Positions 1-9,664 of a stretch of 64,000 nt of DNA are shown piece after piece; positions within the stretch are counted from its first letter, which is position 1, and every line of letters begins with the position of its first letter. Location of the stretch: positions 77,635 through 141,634 of the forward strand of contig JAQTQC010000001.1 of assembly GCA_028712505.1 (NCBI GenBank), written 5' to 3'. The DNA comes from Candidatus Omnitrophota bacterium (lineage in GTDB: Bacteria > Omnitrophota > Gorgyraeia > Gygaellales > Profunditerraquicolaceae). Made by a program: the position numbers and the translations under genes. Below the pieces are notes generated by a model, which was not told the DNA's origin, made no database searches, and was given only the letters and a program-made list of their open reading frames with translations.

Positions 1-36
1 GGATGTTTTATTTGTGTCCCGGTTTTCCTGGAGGAG

Positions 37-1488
37 ATGATGAAAACCAAAAAGATTGTTTTGCTGGACCCCTTGACTTATCTAAACGGTGTTCCCGGGC
101 ATTACCATTTTGTCAGGGATTGGTCAGGGGCCAGACTTCCGGCAGATGTCTGCCTTGCTCCGCTGGACCTTATTTGCGCTGCGGCTTATCTGCGGCAGCA
201 TGGCCATGAAGTAAAAATAATTGAAGCCAGTATTAAGCATATCCATCATCCCGGATTGGTTAAGCTCATAAAACAAGAGTCCCCGGATTTCGTCCTGATC
301 CCGTCAGTCAATTTTGGCATTGAAAGCGACAAATATCTTTCTTCCTTAATAAGGCAATCTTTACCAAAAATTAAACTAATCTTTTCCGGGGCGTTGGTTA
401 CTTATAATCCCGGCAGCGTTTTATTTGATCGCAGTGCAGATTTTGCGGCGGTAGGAGAGCTAGAGATTCCCCTTTTAAACATCCTGCAGGAAGGCCGCGG
501 GGATAATGTTGCTTTCTTAAACGATAAGCAAGAAATAGTTATCGGAAAAAGAAGGCTTATTGATTTGGGTGAATTGCCCCTGCCAGCCCGGGATTTGATC
601 GATAATCAGGCCTATAATTATGCTATTTTTAACCGAAGGAATCCGATTACCACGATGACCTTGAGCCGGGGCTGCCCGCATAGTAAATGCGAGTTTTGTC
701 ATACTAATCTTTACACCCTAGGAGAAATAAGATTCAGGGATTTTGATTCAATCGCCGAAGAGCTCCGCGAAGTGGAATTTAAATATAAGATCGGTGAAAT
801 TTTTTTCCGGGATCAGGCTTTTACCGCTAACCGGGAGCTTGTTTTTAAGTTATGTGAGTTTTTAATTTCTCAAAAAACCGCTCTTTCCTGGAGGGCGGAA
901 ACCCGGGTGGACTTGGTGGATAAGGAAATGCTTGGCTTGATGCGCCGTGCAGGGTGTTATCAACTTTCTTTTGGATTTGAAAGTTGTGCGCAAAAATCTC
1001 TTGATGTAAACAATAAAAACATTACTCTTGCGCAGTCGAAAGAGGCATGCCGGCTGGCCGGGAAAGCGGGCATTGAGGTAGTAGGCTTGTTTTTATACGG
1101 AATGCCCGGCGATACGAAAGAGACCATGGACAGGCTTGTCAGGTTTGCTTTGGACCTGAAGGTGGATTACGCTAATTTTGAGGCAATTTATTTTATGCCT
1201 GGCTCTCCAGTTTATGAAAAAATGATTAAAAGCGGGAAGGCGGAATTTTTTCCAAAGGCGCTATTGAAGAAATATGTCCGTTGCGCTTACACAACATTCT
1301 ACTTGCGTCCTGAGTTTATCTCTAAAAATTTACTAAAAATGGTAAGAAACGGATCTTTTTTTCGGCTAGGGACAACCTTGAGGGTTCTCCGGGGAGCGTT
1401 TTTGTTCTTTTTGAGCCTGGGTTTTTCTCCCTTTGGGATGTTTAGCAAAAGGGAAAATCCGGACAAGGAGCATCAAGATGGCTGTTAA
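37..1488 (+). CDS. B12-binding domain radical SAM protein (class B-like)
   Basis: N-terminal Rossmann-like B12-binding region, then RGCPHSKCEFC cysteine triad and downstream radical SAM core. GGAGGAG RBS directly before ATG at 37. Frame is open upstream so the start could lie 5' of the window. Confidence 0.65.
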   Translation: MMKTKKIVLLDPLTYLNGVPGHYHFVRDWSGARLPADVCLAPLDLICAAAYLRQHGHEVKIIEASIKHIHHPGLVKLIKQESPDFVLIPSVNFGIESDKYLSSLIRQSLPKIKLIFSGALVTYNPGSVLFDRSADFAAVGELEIPLLNILQEGRGDNVAFLNDKQEIVIGKRRLIDLGELPLPARDLIDNQAYNYAIFNRRNPITTMTLSRGCPHSKCEFCHTNLYTLGEIRFRDFDSIAEELREVEFKYKIGEIFFRDQAFTANRELVFKLCEFLISQKTALSWRAETRVDLVDKEMLGLMRRAGCYQLSFGFESCAQKSLDVNNKNITLAQSKEACRLAGKAGIEVVGLFLYGMPGDTKETMDRLVRFALDLKVDYANFEAIYFMPGSPVYEKMIKSGKAEFFPKALLKKYVRCAYTTFYLRPEFISKNLLKMVRNGSFFRLGTTLRVLRGAFLFFLSLGFSPFGMFSKRENPDKEHQDGC

Positions 1489-2434
1489 GAAAACGGTATA
1501 TTTTATTTTGAAGCTGGTTTTGGGAATAGTTATATTTTTCGGAATTCTGGAGATTTCCGCGCGTTTTATCTGGAAGTATAACGTTTCACTGCGGGAGGTG
1601 ATGCGTTCTGCGCAAGATCCAAAGATCATCTTTGAACTGAATCCCGGCACGAAGACTATTTTTACCGGTCAACACGTGAAAATTCCTCCAACTACCATCA
1701 AGGTTTCTTCAGCGGGGATAAGAGACCGTGAATATTCTTTTGCTAAGCCGGAGGGGGTATACCGGATTGTTATTTTAGGAGATTCGATTTCTTTCGGTTG
1801 GGGAGTAGAGATGGAACAAGCTTTTCCTGAGCTCCTGGAGGGCTTTCTGAATGAACGGGATCCCGGAAGGTACGAGGTTATCAATTTTTCAGTCCCCGGG
1901 TATAATTTTTCTCAGGAAGTGGCGACTTTGGAAAGAAAATGCCTTGGCTATCATCCGGATTTAGTTATTTTTTCGGTCTGCGGCAACGACTATCAGATAG
2001 CCTTCAATTATTTACATCCTATCCCAATCCTGGAAAAAATCCCGGGCATCTTTTATCAAAGCCGTCTCTTTAGCGGGGTTATCGGGGAGATCGTGTTTCG
2101 TAAGGACGTATCTTCTTCCCGGAAGATTTCCGAAGGCAGGGAGGAAATGAAGCGGGCGATTCTGGAATTAAAAAAGATTATTTCCGCAAACGACATCAAA
2201 GTTTTGTTTTATCATGGCGATAACAGGTATATCGAAGATTTGCTTGTTGATGCTGGTTTCGGAAGCCGCATTTTTACTTCCGCCCACGAAGTTTTTTCTG
2301 AGCCATGTTACTTGATAGAGAATGATAGGCATTTTAATTACCGCGGGCACAAGAGGGTAGCTGAAGATATCTACGGTTTTTTAAAGGATAGCGGTTATCT
2401 GAAGGCGGGGGAAAAGGCATTTAAAAAGTTTTGA
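1478..2434 (+). CDS. SGNH/GDSL-family hydrolase, N-terminal membrane anchor
   Basis: Block I motif ILGDSISFGWG and C-terminal D-R-H block (NDRHFNYRGH). One N-terminal TM helix. AAGGAG RBS 7 nt before ATG at 1478, which is preferred over the in-frame 1433 start. Confidence 0.65.
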   Translation: MAVKKTVYFILKLVLGIVIFFGILEISARFIWKYNVSLREVMRSAQDPKIIFELNPGTKTIFTGQHVKIPPTTIKVSSAGIRDREYSFAKPEGVYRIVILGDSISFGWGVEMEQAFPELLEGFLNERDPGRYEVINFSVPGYNFSQEVATLERKCLGYHPDLVIFSVCGNDYQIAFNYLHPIPILEKIPGIFYQSRLFSGVIGEIVFRKDVSSSRKISEGREEMKRAILELKKIISANDIKVLFYHGDNRYIEDLLVDAGFGSRIFTSAHEVFSEPCYLIENDRHFNYRGHKRVAEDIYGFLKDSGYLKAGEKAFKKF

Positions 2435-2456
2435 TTTATACCTTGGACGGAATCCG

Positions 2457-3554
2457 ATGTTTGAGTTAAAAAGAATAGGGGAATTTTTTAGGAAGGCGGT
2501 AGTTTTGGCTAAGATTTATTCCCAAGTTATCCATTCCGTCAAAAGCGGCCTGCCTTATAAGCTTACCCTTGTAATTACTAACCAATGTAATTCCCGCTGT
2601 AAAACCTGTCTGGCCTGGAGAAACGAAACTATCATTCAGATGCAATTGGCAGACATCGAGGCTGCAGTTTTATCCTTTCCGGGAAAGCTGACCTGGCTGC
2701 ACCTTACGGGAGGGGAACCGTTTGTTCACCCGGAGATAAAAAAGATCCTTTCTTTTATCGGCTCCCTGAAATCTTCGATACTAGTTTCGATAAGCTCCAA
2801 TGGGCTGGAGGAAGAAAAGATTCGGGAGGTTTTATCTCCGTTAGCCGAAAATAACCGGAATAAGATATTTTATCTGAATCTTTCTCTGGACGGCGATGAA
2901 AAAGACCATGACTTTATAAGGGGAGTTAAGGGCAGCTTTACCAGGACTAAACATCTGATCAATTATTTTGATGGCCTATCAAGGCAGTATCCGCTTTTTT
3001 CGGTCGGCATAAACTCCACAATTTCCAAATTTAATATTGATAATTTTTATAATTTTTATAATAGGGCTTCCAGGGGTATTCGGCATATTAATGTAAATAT
3101 CGCCGATTTTTCCTCCTCTTGTTACCGGAACTCGGAGGATCTTTCCTTTGCTTCCGCTGACAAGGTCAAATTGAGGATTTTATTAGAGAAAATACTAAGA
3201 ACTTTGCCTTGGTATTCAGTAGAATTCTTTATAAAGAGATTATATTTAAAGTCTATGATCCGGGCAAGTTGCGGTATCGCTTGTCCGCTCCCCTGTTCTT
3301 CTTATTTGGACAGTGTTCTGCTTTTTTACAACGGTTCGTTAATTCCTTGTTTTAAATTAAGCCAGTGGAAAATAACCAGTAGATTTAATGATCTGGGAAA
3401 AAGATTTGATGAATGCAAATCTTTGGTGCAAGGGGTAGCAAAATCAGCTGAATGTCGCGATTCTTGCGTATTGTCCTGTGAAAAGTATTTGCATATTATC
3501 AACAGTATTGTTAAACTTAAAATAAACAAGATCCTCCCTTTATTTCTTTCTTAA
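2457..3554 (+). CDS. radical SAM protein with SPASM/twitch-type C-terminal Cys cluster
   Basis: CNSRCKTC (CxxxCxxC) and GGEPF motifs. C-terminal ECRDSCVLSC resembles the C-x3-C-x3-C motif of the downstream array paralogs. Confidence 0.75.
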   Translation: MFELKRIGEFFRKAVVLAKIYSQVIHSVKSGLPYKLTLVITNQCNSRCKTCLAWRNETIIQMQLADIEAAVLSFPGKLTWLHLTGGEPFVHPEIKKILSFIGSLKSSILVSISSNGLEEEKIREVLSPLAENNRNKIFYLNLSLDGDEKDHDFIRGVKGSFTRTKHLINYFDGLSRQYPLFSVGINSTISKFNIDNFYNFYNRASRGIRHINVNIADFSSSCYRNSEDLSFASADKVKLRILLEKILRTLPWYSVEFFIKRLYLKSMIRASCGIACPLPCSSYLDSVLLFYNGSLIPCFKLSQWKITSRFNDLGKRFDECKSLVQGVAKSAECRDSCVLSCEKYLHIINSIVKLKINKILPLFLS

Positions 3555-3555
3555 A

Positions 3556-5877
3556 ATGAATCAGCGTATACTTTTTAAATTAAAAGAAGTGCTCCAGAAG
3601 ATTCGGTCTTCTTTTATAGGGAGGCCTGCCCTCTGGGGTTTCTTGATCCTGGCGGTATTTTCCCTGCTGCTTTTTGTTCCATCTTCGTTCGATAACTTTT
3701 TTCATACCGGTCCGGATTGGGAGATTATTTATACCGGTGAGACTATTTTTCCCGCTGGACACTTTAATCCGCACGCCCTACTTACCTGTCTTAGTGCTAT
3801 TTTCAGCAAAGGGCTTACTCGCGCTTTAAACTGGGTTACTTGGATTATTGATTATCGCGTCTGGGGGCTTAATGCCCAGGGGTATTTTATAGAAAATACT
3901 TTCCTGCACATATTTAATTCTATCCTGGTTTTTTTATTCTTAAATCTTTTGTTCAAAGAGAAAGTTTTAAGCTTTGTATCCGCCCTGATTTTCTGTGTTC
4001 ATCCGATTAACGCCATTGTCCCGGTAGATGTCAGTGGACGGCCAGCCGGTCTCTGCGCTTTTTTCTATCTAGTGACGTTGATTTGTTTTTGTCGGTTCTT
4101 AAGGGATAAGAAACCGGTGTTTTATCTCCTTTCAATTGTTTCTGCTTTATGTGCTTTTTTAAGCAAAGAGACCGCTTTTTTGCTACCTTTTATAATTATT
4201 TTGACCGGAATATTTTTCTTTCGGATCCAGGGATCGTCCGGGAGTCCCTGTCCTAAAAGGCTTGGTGGTTTATGGATTTATCTGCCGTATTTCATTCTTG
4301 CTGTGCTGGTTCTTGTCTCGATAAACGATCAAATTATCGGAGGTTACGGACCCCCGGGACCGCACTCCTGGTGGTACAGGAATGCTTATAGTCATGCGGA
4401 GCATCGCTGGTTGCATATAGATTTCAGCCGGTTTATAGCTAAAGAATATTTCCTGCTTATTCCGCATATGCTGCAGGTTCTTTCGGTATATGTTTTTGAA
4501 AAATTTCTGCTTGTCCCTTGGGATACTTGTCGTTATCTGGCGCTCAAGACACAAGGGCAGGTTTTTTATACAGCGATATTTCTGGTTTTGATGGTTTTTG
4601 CCGCGGTAAAGGCGTTTTTAAGAAAAAATCTCAACACAGGAATATTTGTTTTCGGCGCAGCCTGGGTTTTTATCAATGCCCTGCCTATTTTGGGGACGTG
4701 TACGGACTTGAAAGATATCTTGGAGGGGATGAGACACCTGTATCTTATTTCGATAGGGTATAGTGTTATTTTAAGCTGGTTGTTGCTGGGGAATCGTTCC
4801 GATAACGGAAGATCCGGGAGGATCGGCATTGCTGGCTTGGTAATCTTGTGCCTGCTCATTGCGAATTTTGTCTGGCGGACGGTTGAATTTACCTCTTCCA
4901 TGAAATCGACCACGGTTGAGGTGAAGAAATTCGTCTCCCAGTTTAACAATTTTATTTCGAAGTTTCCCGAAAGAAGCAACATATTTTTTCTTACTAACCA
5001 GTATGATCCGGCGGTATGCGGTTTTATGCTTTCGGAGTATCCCCGGAAGATAAAAGACTCCAATTTTTATTACGCCCTGAGTGGAACGGATATATATTTG
5101 GGGAAGGCACAGACAATGGTCGGGCCGGGGATGTTTGTGGTTAACCGGGGTTTTAATCTTGCCGGTTTAAATTTGAATGAGACCGATTTTGTCTTTGGTT
5201 GGGATGATGAAGGCAATCTTTTGATAGAACTGAGTGGGCGGATCAAAGAGTTGGTTGGAACAGAGGAAGCAGCAGAGGGTAGAGATGGGCTTAGAACTGC
5301 CGGAGAGATTAAAAACTGGAAGACGGCGGAAGATATCGGGATAAAAGAAGGATCTGGGGGAAGCCGGATATTTATTTCTCCCAGCAGTATTAGAGATGCT
5401 CTTTCTGAATCCCGGAGGCGTCCCAAGATCGTCAGTCCCGAAACAGATATTTCTGCGGGTTCCGTGGAGAGAATCGTTATTGAAATGAAGATTCTTCCGC
5501 ATATGCCGCTGGAAAAAAGGTTTACTCCGGGAAGGATAGCAAAAAGCATGGAGGCCAAGAGGTTTTTCCCTATTGAAATATTTAAAAGTATTTTTATTTC
5601 CCCGTTTGATGATGAAATGATGTGGTTTAGCTGGATTTCCGAAGGGGAAAATGATTTTAGCAAACAGAAATCAATTCCAATTATCGTTCGGACCGACAAC
5701 GAATTTCATATCTATGAATTATTTCCCAGTAATAGTCTGGAGTGGTTGAAAAGCGGGAGGATAATCCGTTTTGGGATATCGCTGCAGATGTTTTTTAATT
5801 CGGAGATACAGATTCGGTCGATTAAATTTATCCATTCCGCAAACGGATCTTCGCCATGGCGAAAGAATAAAAAGTAA
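3556..5877 (+). CDS. polytopic membrane protein, putative GT-C-fold glycosyltransferase (PMT/ArnT-like) with about 330 aa C-terminal soluble domain
   Basis: About 12 predicted hydrophobic helices in the first ~440 aa, and a DWE motif in the first extracytoplasmic loop. The large hydrophilic C-terminal half has no recognisable motif. The family call is inference from topology. Confidence 0.4.
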   Translation: MNQRILFKLKEVLQKIRSSFIGRPALWGFLILAVFSLLLFVPSSFDNFFHTGPDWEIIYTGETIFPAGHFNPHALLTCLSAIFSKGLTRALNWVTWIIDYRVWGLNAQGYFIENTFLHIFNSILVFLFLNLLFKEKVLSFVSALIFCVHPINAIVPVDVSGRPAGLCAFFYLVTLICFCRFLRDKKPVFYLLSIVSALCAFLSKETAFLLPFIIILTGIFFFRIQGSSGSPCPKRLGGLWIYLPYFILAVLVLVSINDQIIGGYGPPGPHSWWYRNAYSHAEHRWLHIDFSRFIAKEYFLLIPHMLQVLSVYVFEKFLLVPWDTCRYLALKTQGQVFYTAIFLVLMVFAAVKAFLRKNLNTGIFVFGAAWVFINALPILGTCTDLKDILEGMRHLYLISIGYSVILSWLLLGNRSDNGRSGRIGIAGLVILCLLIANFVWRTVEFTSSMKSTTVEVKKFVSQFNNFISKFPERSNIFFLTNQYDPAVCGFMLSEYPRKIKDSNFYYALSGTDIYLGKAQTMVGPGMFVVNRGFNLAGLNLNETDFVFGWDDEGNLLIELSGRIKELVGTEEAAEGRDGLRTAGEIKNWKTAEDIGIKEGSGGSRIFISPSSIRDALSESRRRPKIVSPETDISAGSVERIVIEMKILPHMPLEKRFTPGRIAKSMEAKRFFPIEIFKSIFISPFDDEMMWFSWISEGENDFSKQKSIPIIVRTDNEFHIYELFPSNSLEWLKSGRIIRFGISLQMFFNSEIQIRSIKFIHSANGSSPWRKNKK

Positions 5878-5910
5878 TTTTGGTAATCCGATCGACCAAA
5901 CATTTTTCAT

Positions 5911-5941
5911 CCTGTTTTATTCAATATCCCGAAAAAACAGG
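5911..5941 (+). terminator. hairpin after the GT-C-like gene (8-bp stem cctgtttt/aaaacagg, 15-nt loop)
   Basis: Perfect inverted repeat. The U-run (gaagttttta) lies about 12 nt downstream, so this is not a canonical intrinsic terminator. Confidence 0.2.
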
Positions 5942-6027
5942 TCGTCAAGCTGAAGTTTTTAGCAACTAGTTTATTTCCTTAAGAGGCGACAAAAATGGTT
6001 AAATGGCAGAGGGGTAGATAATATTAA

Positions 6028-7068
6028 ATGCTGAAGATAGTTTCGCCTGTAACCAGCTGTTCAGAAGTTAAGGCCGTTATAAAGGCCGGTGCCGATGAGA
6101 TCTATTGCGGAGTTATGCCTTTTGACTTATTGAGGAAATACGGATTTGCTTCTTGTTTGAACAGAAGACCGAACCTGTTTTCAAACCTCCACGGATATAA
6201 TGAACTAGAGGAATTGGTTAATTTAGCGCATGCGGAAAATGTGCCGGTAGGGCTGACGATCAATGAGTTTTATCCGCAGACACAGATCGAATTAGCCTGG
6301 GAACAGTTTGAGAGAGGGCTTGGGTGCGGGGTAGATGCCTTTATCGTTTCTGATATAGGATTATTATGTAGGATAATTAAGGAAAAACAAAAAAACGATC
6401 ATTTTAAAGTACATATCAGTAATTGCGGAACGACCTTTAATTCGGGGACTGCTGAATTTTACAGGGGGCTCGGCGCCTCCAGGATAATTTTGCCCAGAGA
6501 TCTAAGTATTGGCGAGGTTGTTGATTTAGCCGGTTTGCTGCCGGCGGAGATGGAAACAGAAGCCTTTATTCTTAACCAAAGATGCCATAATATAGACGGG
6601 TTTTGTACCTTTCAGCATGGAATCCTCCCGGGTAGAAAGATTGTTCCGGTTGGCGCCCTCGGGAGTTTTGTCGCAGGCATGATGCCCGCTTGGCTCTTAA
6701 GATCCGCCCAAAGGTCTGCGGTTGAAAATGGATTAGCTTGTTGTTTGGATTATGAGATAAAGTCGGTAGATGGGTCGGTTGATATTAAAACGGTGAATTC
6801 GTATTACGAAAACAGGGCGCGTAGTTTTCTGGACAGCTGCGGGGCATGTGCTATATATGATTTAAACACCGCGGGAATCAAGTTTTTAAAGATTGTGGGC
6901 AGGTGTTTGGCTTCAGATAAAATTCGGGATATCCGCTTTATCAGGGCTTGCGTGGGTTTATTGGATTCTGTAGTTGTCAGGAGTGAATTTGGACAGGCGG
7001 TTCAAATGTTGAGGAAAAAGTTTTTTGGTTCCGAAAAAGGATGTGGTCGGGAGTATTGTTATTATTGA
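6028..7068 (+). CDS. peptidase U32 family protein (UbiU/RlhA/TrhP-like large subunit)
   Basis: N-terminus LKIVSPVTSCSEVKAVIKAGADEIYCGV matches the U32 signature (ELLAPAG...AGADAVYxG) followed by a TIM-barrel-like region. Multiple conserved Cys (CHNIDGFC, CCLDYE, CGAC). Confidence 0.6.
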   Translation: MLKIVSPVTSCSEVKAVIKAGADEIYCGVMPFDLLRKYGFASCLNRRPNLFSNLHGYNELEELVNLAHAENVPVGLTINEFYPQTQIELAWEQFERGLGCGVDAFIVSDIGLLCRIIKEKQKNDHFKVHISNCGTTFNSGTAEFYRGLGASRIILPRDLSIGEVVDLAGLLPAEMETEAFILNQRCHNIDGFCTFQHGILPGRKIVPVGALGSFVAGMMPAWLLRSAQRSAVENGLACCLDYEIKSVDGSVDIKTVNSYYENRARSFLDSCGACAIYDLNTAGIKFLKIVGRCLASDKIRDIRFIRACVGLLDSVVVRSEFGQAVQMLRKKFFGSEKGCGREYCYY

Positions 7069-7097
7069 GGCGTGGATAATTTAGGTATTGTGCATTT

Positions 7098-7886
7098 ATG
7101 GAAAAAGCATTACATATTTCCAGATTGTCGGATTTTAAGTTTTGGCGAGCTGAACATTCGCGGATATATTTTGGTAATGAGTTTTGCGATCGGCTGATTC
7201 CCTCTGAAGAGGAGCTTGACAGGGTTTTATCTTTTGCGGCTGGGAGAAATTTGGGCTTCACCCTGTTGACGACTTTTTGTACCGACAAGAACCTGCATAG
7301 TTATAAAAAATTGTTTGATTTGCTCTCGCAAAGCAGGGCGGATGCGGAGATAGTGATAAATGACTGGGGCCTTCTGAAAATCGCAAAAAATTATCCTTTT
7401 GATTTGGTTTTGGGAAGGTTGTTGAATAAACAAAAAAGAGGCCCTAGAATTATAGGGGTTATTGAAAGGCTTCCTGAGTTGATGCGGGAGAGATTCAGAA
7501 AAAGCGGGATTAACGGATATTTTAGCGCGTTTTTGTTGGATTGCGGGATAAAGCGCGTCGAATTGGATAATTTGTTGCAGGGGGTATCTTTGGATGAATT
7601 CAGGGGTAAGGGGATCTGCTGTTCTTTATACATACCTTTTGGTTACATTACCGTATCGCGTTCATGTCCGCATAGATGCAGGAGGGATTTATCGTCAGAT
7701 ACGGTAGCAGACAGCATATGCCGTAGGGAGTGTTTGGAAAACCGTTACTGGTTAAGACACCCTCAGATGCCGGTTCCGTTAATTTCAAAAGGTAACGCGG
7801 TATTTTTTGAGAATAAGATTATCCCTGAATTCATCCTTTATAAGGGAGGCGTAGTTAATAGGATTGTTTATGAAGCGGAGGCTTGA
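7098..7886 (+). CDS. peptidase U32 family protein, UbiV-like small partner
   Basis: RIYFGNEFCDR resembles the UbiV/U32 N-terminal motif. 4-Cys cluster SRSCPHRCRR...SICRRECLENRY matches the U32 Fe-S Cys arrangement. Size 262 aa. Confidence 0.5.
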   Translation: MEKALHISRLSDFKFWRAEHSRIYFGNEFCDRLIPSEEELDRVLSFAAGRNLGFTLLTTFCTDKNLHSYKKLFDLLSQSRADAEIVINDWGLLKIAKNYPFDLVLGRLLNKQKRGPRIIGVIERLPELMRERFRKSGINGYFSAFLLDCGIKRVELDNLLQGVSLDEFRGKGICCSLYIPFGYITVSRSCPHRCRRDLSSDTVADSICRRECLENRYWLRHPQMPVPLISKGNAVFFENKIIPEFILYKGGVVNRIVYEAEA

Positions 7887-7939
7887 TTCCAGGCAGTCAT
7901 AATTATTTTTATCCCGTTGGATAAGAAGATTTTAAAGGC

Positions 7940-7967
7940 TTGACAAGGCTGTGGTTTGTGGTATATT
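7940..7967 (+). promoter_or_regulatory. sigma70-like promoter (TTGACA-16 nt-TATATT) for pyr operon leader
   Basis: TTGACA at 7940-7945 and TATATT at 7962-7967, about 225 nt upstream of pyrR. Confidence 0.4.
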
Positions 7968-7992
7968 TAAAGAAATAAGTAGGGACCTTTAA

Positions 7993-8017
7993 GTCCAGCT
8001 CTGTGAAGCTGGCAAGG
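7993..8017 (+). promoter_or_regulatory. PyrR-binding-loop-like RNA element (anti-antiterminator) in pyr leader
   Basis: GUCCAGC-loop-GCUGGCAAGG. The 5-bp hairpin CCAGC/GCUGG is flanked by GU and GCAAGG, resembling the conserved PyrR binding loop (UCCAGAGAGGCUxGCAAGG class). Confidence 0.45.
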
Positions 8018-8054
8018 CAAATAAGATGAATAAGGATGTATTAAAAAATATAGA

Positions 8055-8088
8055 CCCTTGGCAAAAGAAGCCAGGGGTATTTTTTTTG
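8055..8088 (+). terminator. intrinsic attenuator terminator of pyr leader
   Basis: Stem cccttggc/gccagggg (8 bp, one G-U), loop aaaagaa, followed by tatttttttt. It lies between the PyrR binding loop and the pyrR start codon. Confidence 0.55.
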
Positions 8089-8189
8089 CACAGCAAGTGA
8101 CATGCGACGTAGGGGCGGCGTACTTGCTTTTCAGGTAAAGCAAGGTACCGGCTATTTTCTAAGACTGAGTGTAAGGGGTAAGTAGATAA

Positions 8190-8731
<542 letters not shown>

Positions 8732-8732
<1 letters not shown>

Positions 8733-9664
8733 TGTCTTGGACAAAAAAAGATCTTTTGGGGCTTGAATATTTGACTCCGGAGGAAATAGGGCTGATTCTT
8801 GAAACCGCGGAATCTTTTAAAGAGGTTTCTACCCGGGAGATCAAGAAGGTTCCCGCCTTACGCGGCAAGACAGCGGTAAATCTTTTTTATGAACCGTCTA
8901 CACGTACCCGGGTATCTTTTGAGGTAGCCGCTAAAAGACTCTCTGCCGACGTAATCAATATTTCCACGGAAACCTCAAGCGTCCGAAAGGGCGAAACCTT
9001 AATCGATACCGGCAAGAATATCCAGGCGCTCAAGGCAGATATAATTATTATACGGCATAATTGTTCCGGGGCGGCAAATATGCTGGCGAGCGCATTAGAT
9101 ATCAGTGTAGTCAACGCCGGGGACGGATGGCATGAGCATCCTACCCAAGCGTTACTGGATATTTTCACGTTAAAAGAAAAGTTGGGAAAAATCAAAGGTT
9201 TAAATGTGGCTATTGTGGGAGATATATCGCATTCCCGGGTTGCCCGCTCAAATATCTGGGGATTGACCAGGCTTGGAGCTAATGTTACTGTATGCGCTCC
9301 GGAAATGCTGCTTCCGGTTGGGATAGAGAAGACCGGGGTAAAAACATCAAGCAATATAGATGAAGTCTTGAAAGATGCTGACGCAGTAAATGTCTTAAGG
9401 ATGCAATTTGAGAGGGATGAAGGGGCGGCATTCCCCGAGCAGCTGGATTACTATAAGAAATTTGGCATTACCGAAGAAAGATTGGCTAGGGCTAAAAAAG
9501 GCATTATCGTTATGCATCCTGGGCCGATTAACCGGGGAATTGAAATATCCAGCGAGGTGGCGGATGGGAAGAATTCGGTGATCTTAGAGCAGGTAACTAA
9601 TGGCATTGCCGTGCGCATGGCAGTTTTATTCTTAGTGGCCCAGGCGAGGGAAGCAAAAGCATGA
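8732..9664 (+). CDS. pyrB: aspartate carbamoyltransferase catalytic subunit
   Basis: STRTR carbamoyl-phosphate binding motif, HPTQ and HPGP motifs. TAATG overlap with pyrR. Confidence 0.92.

Noticed and set aside
3..209. ORF in a different frame at the window start
   Set aside because: Overlaps the well-supported B12-radical SAM gene (37-1488), lacks a start codon and a recognisable motif. Pro/Gly/Cys-rich translation is typical of an out-of-frame read.
4566..5699. Long minus-strand ORFs (165 and 209 aa) within the GT-C-like gene
   Set aside because: Fully embedded antisense to a gene with coherent TM topology. Low-complexity Ser/Ile/Leu-rich translations. No RBS-like sequence.
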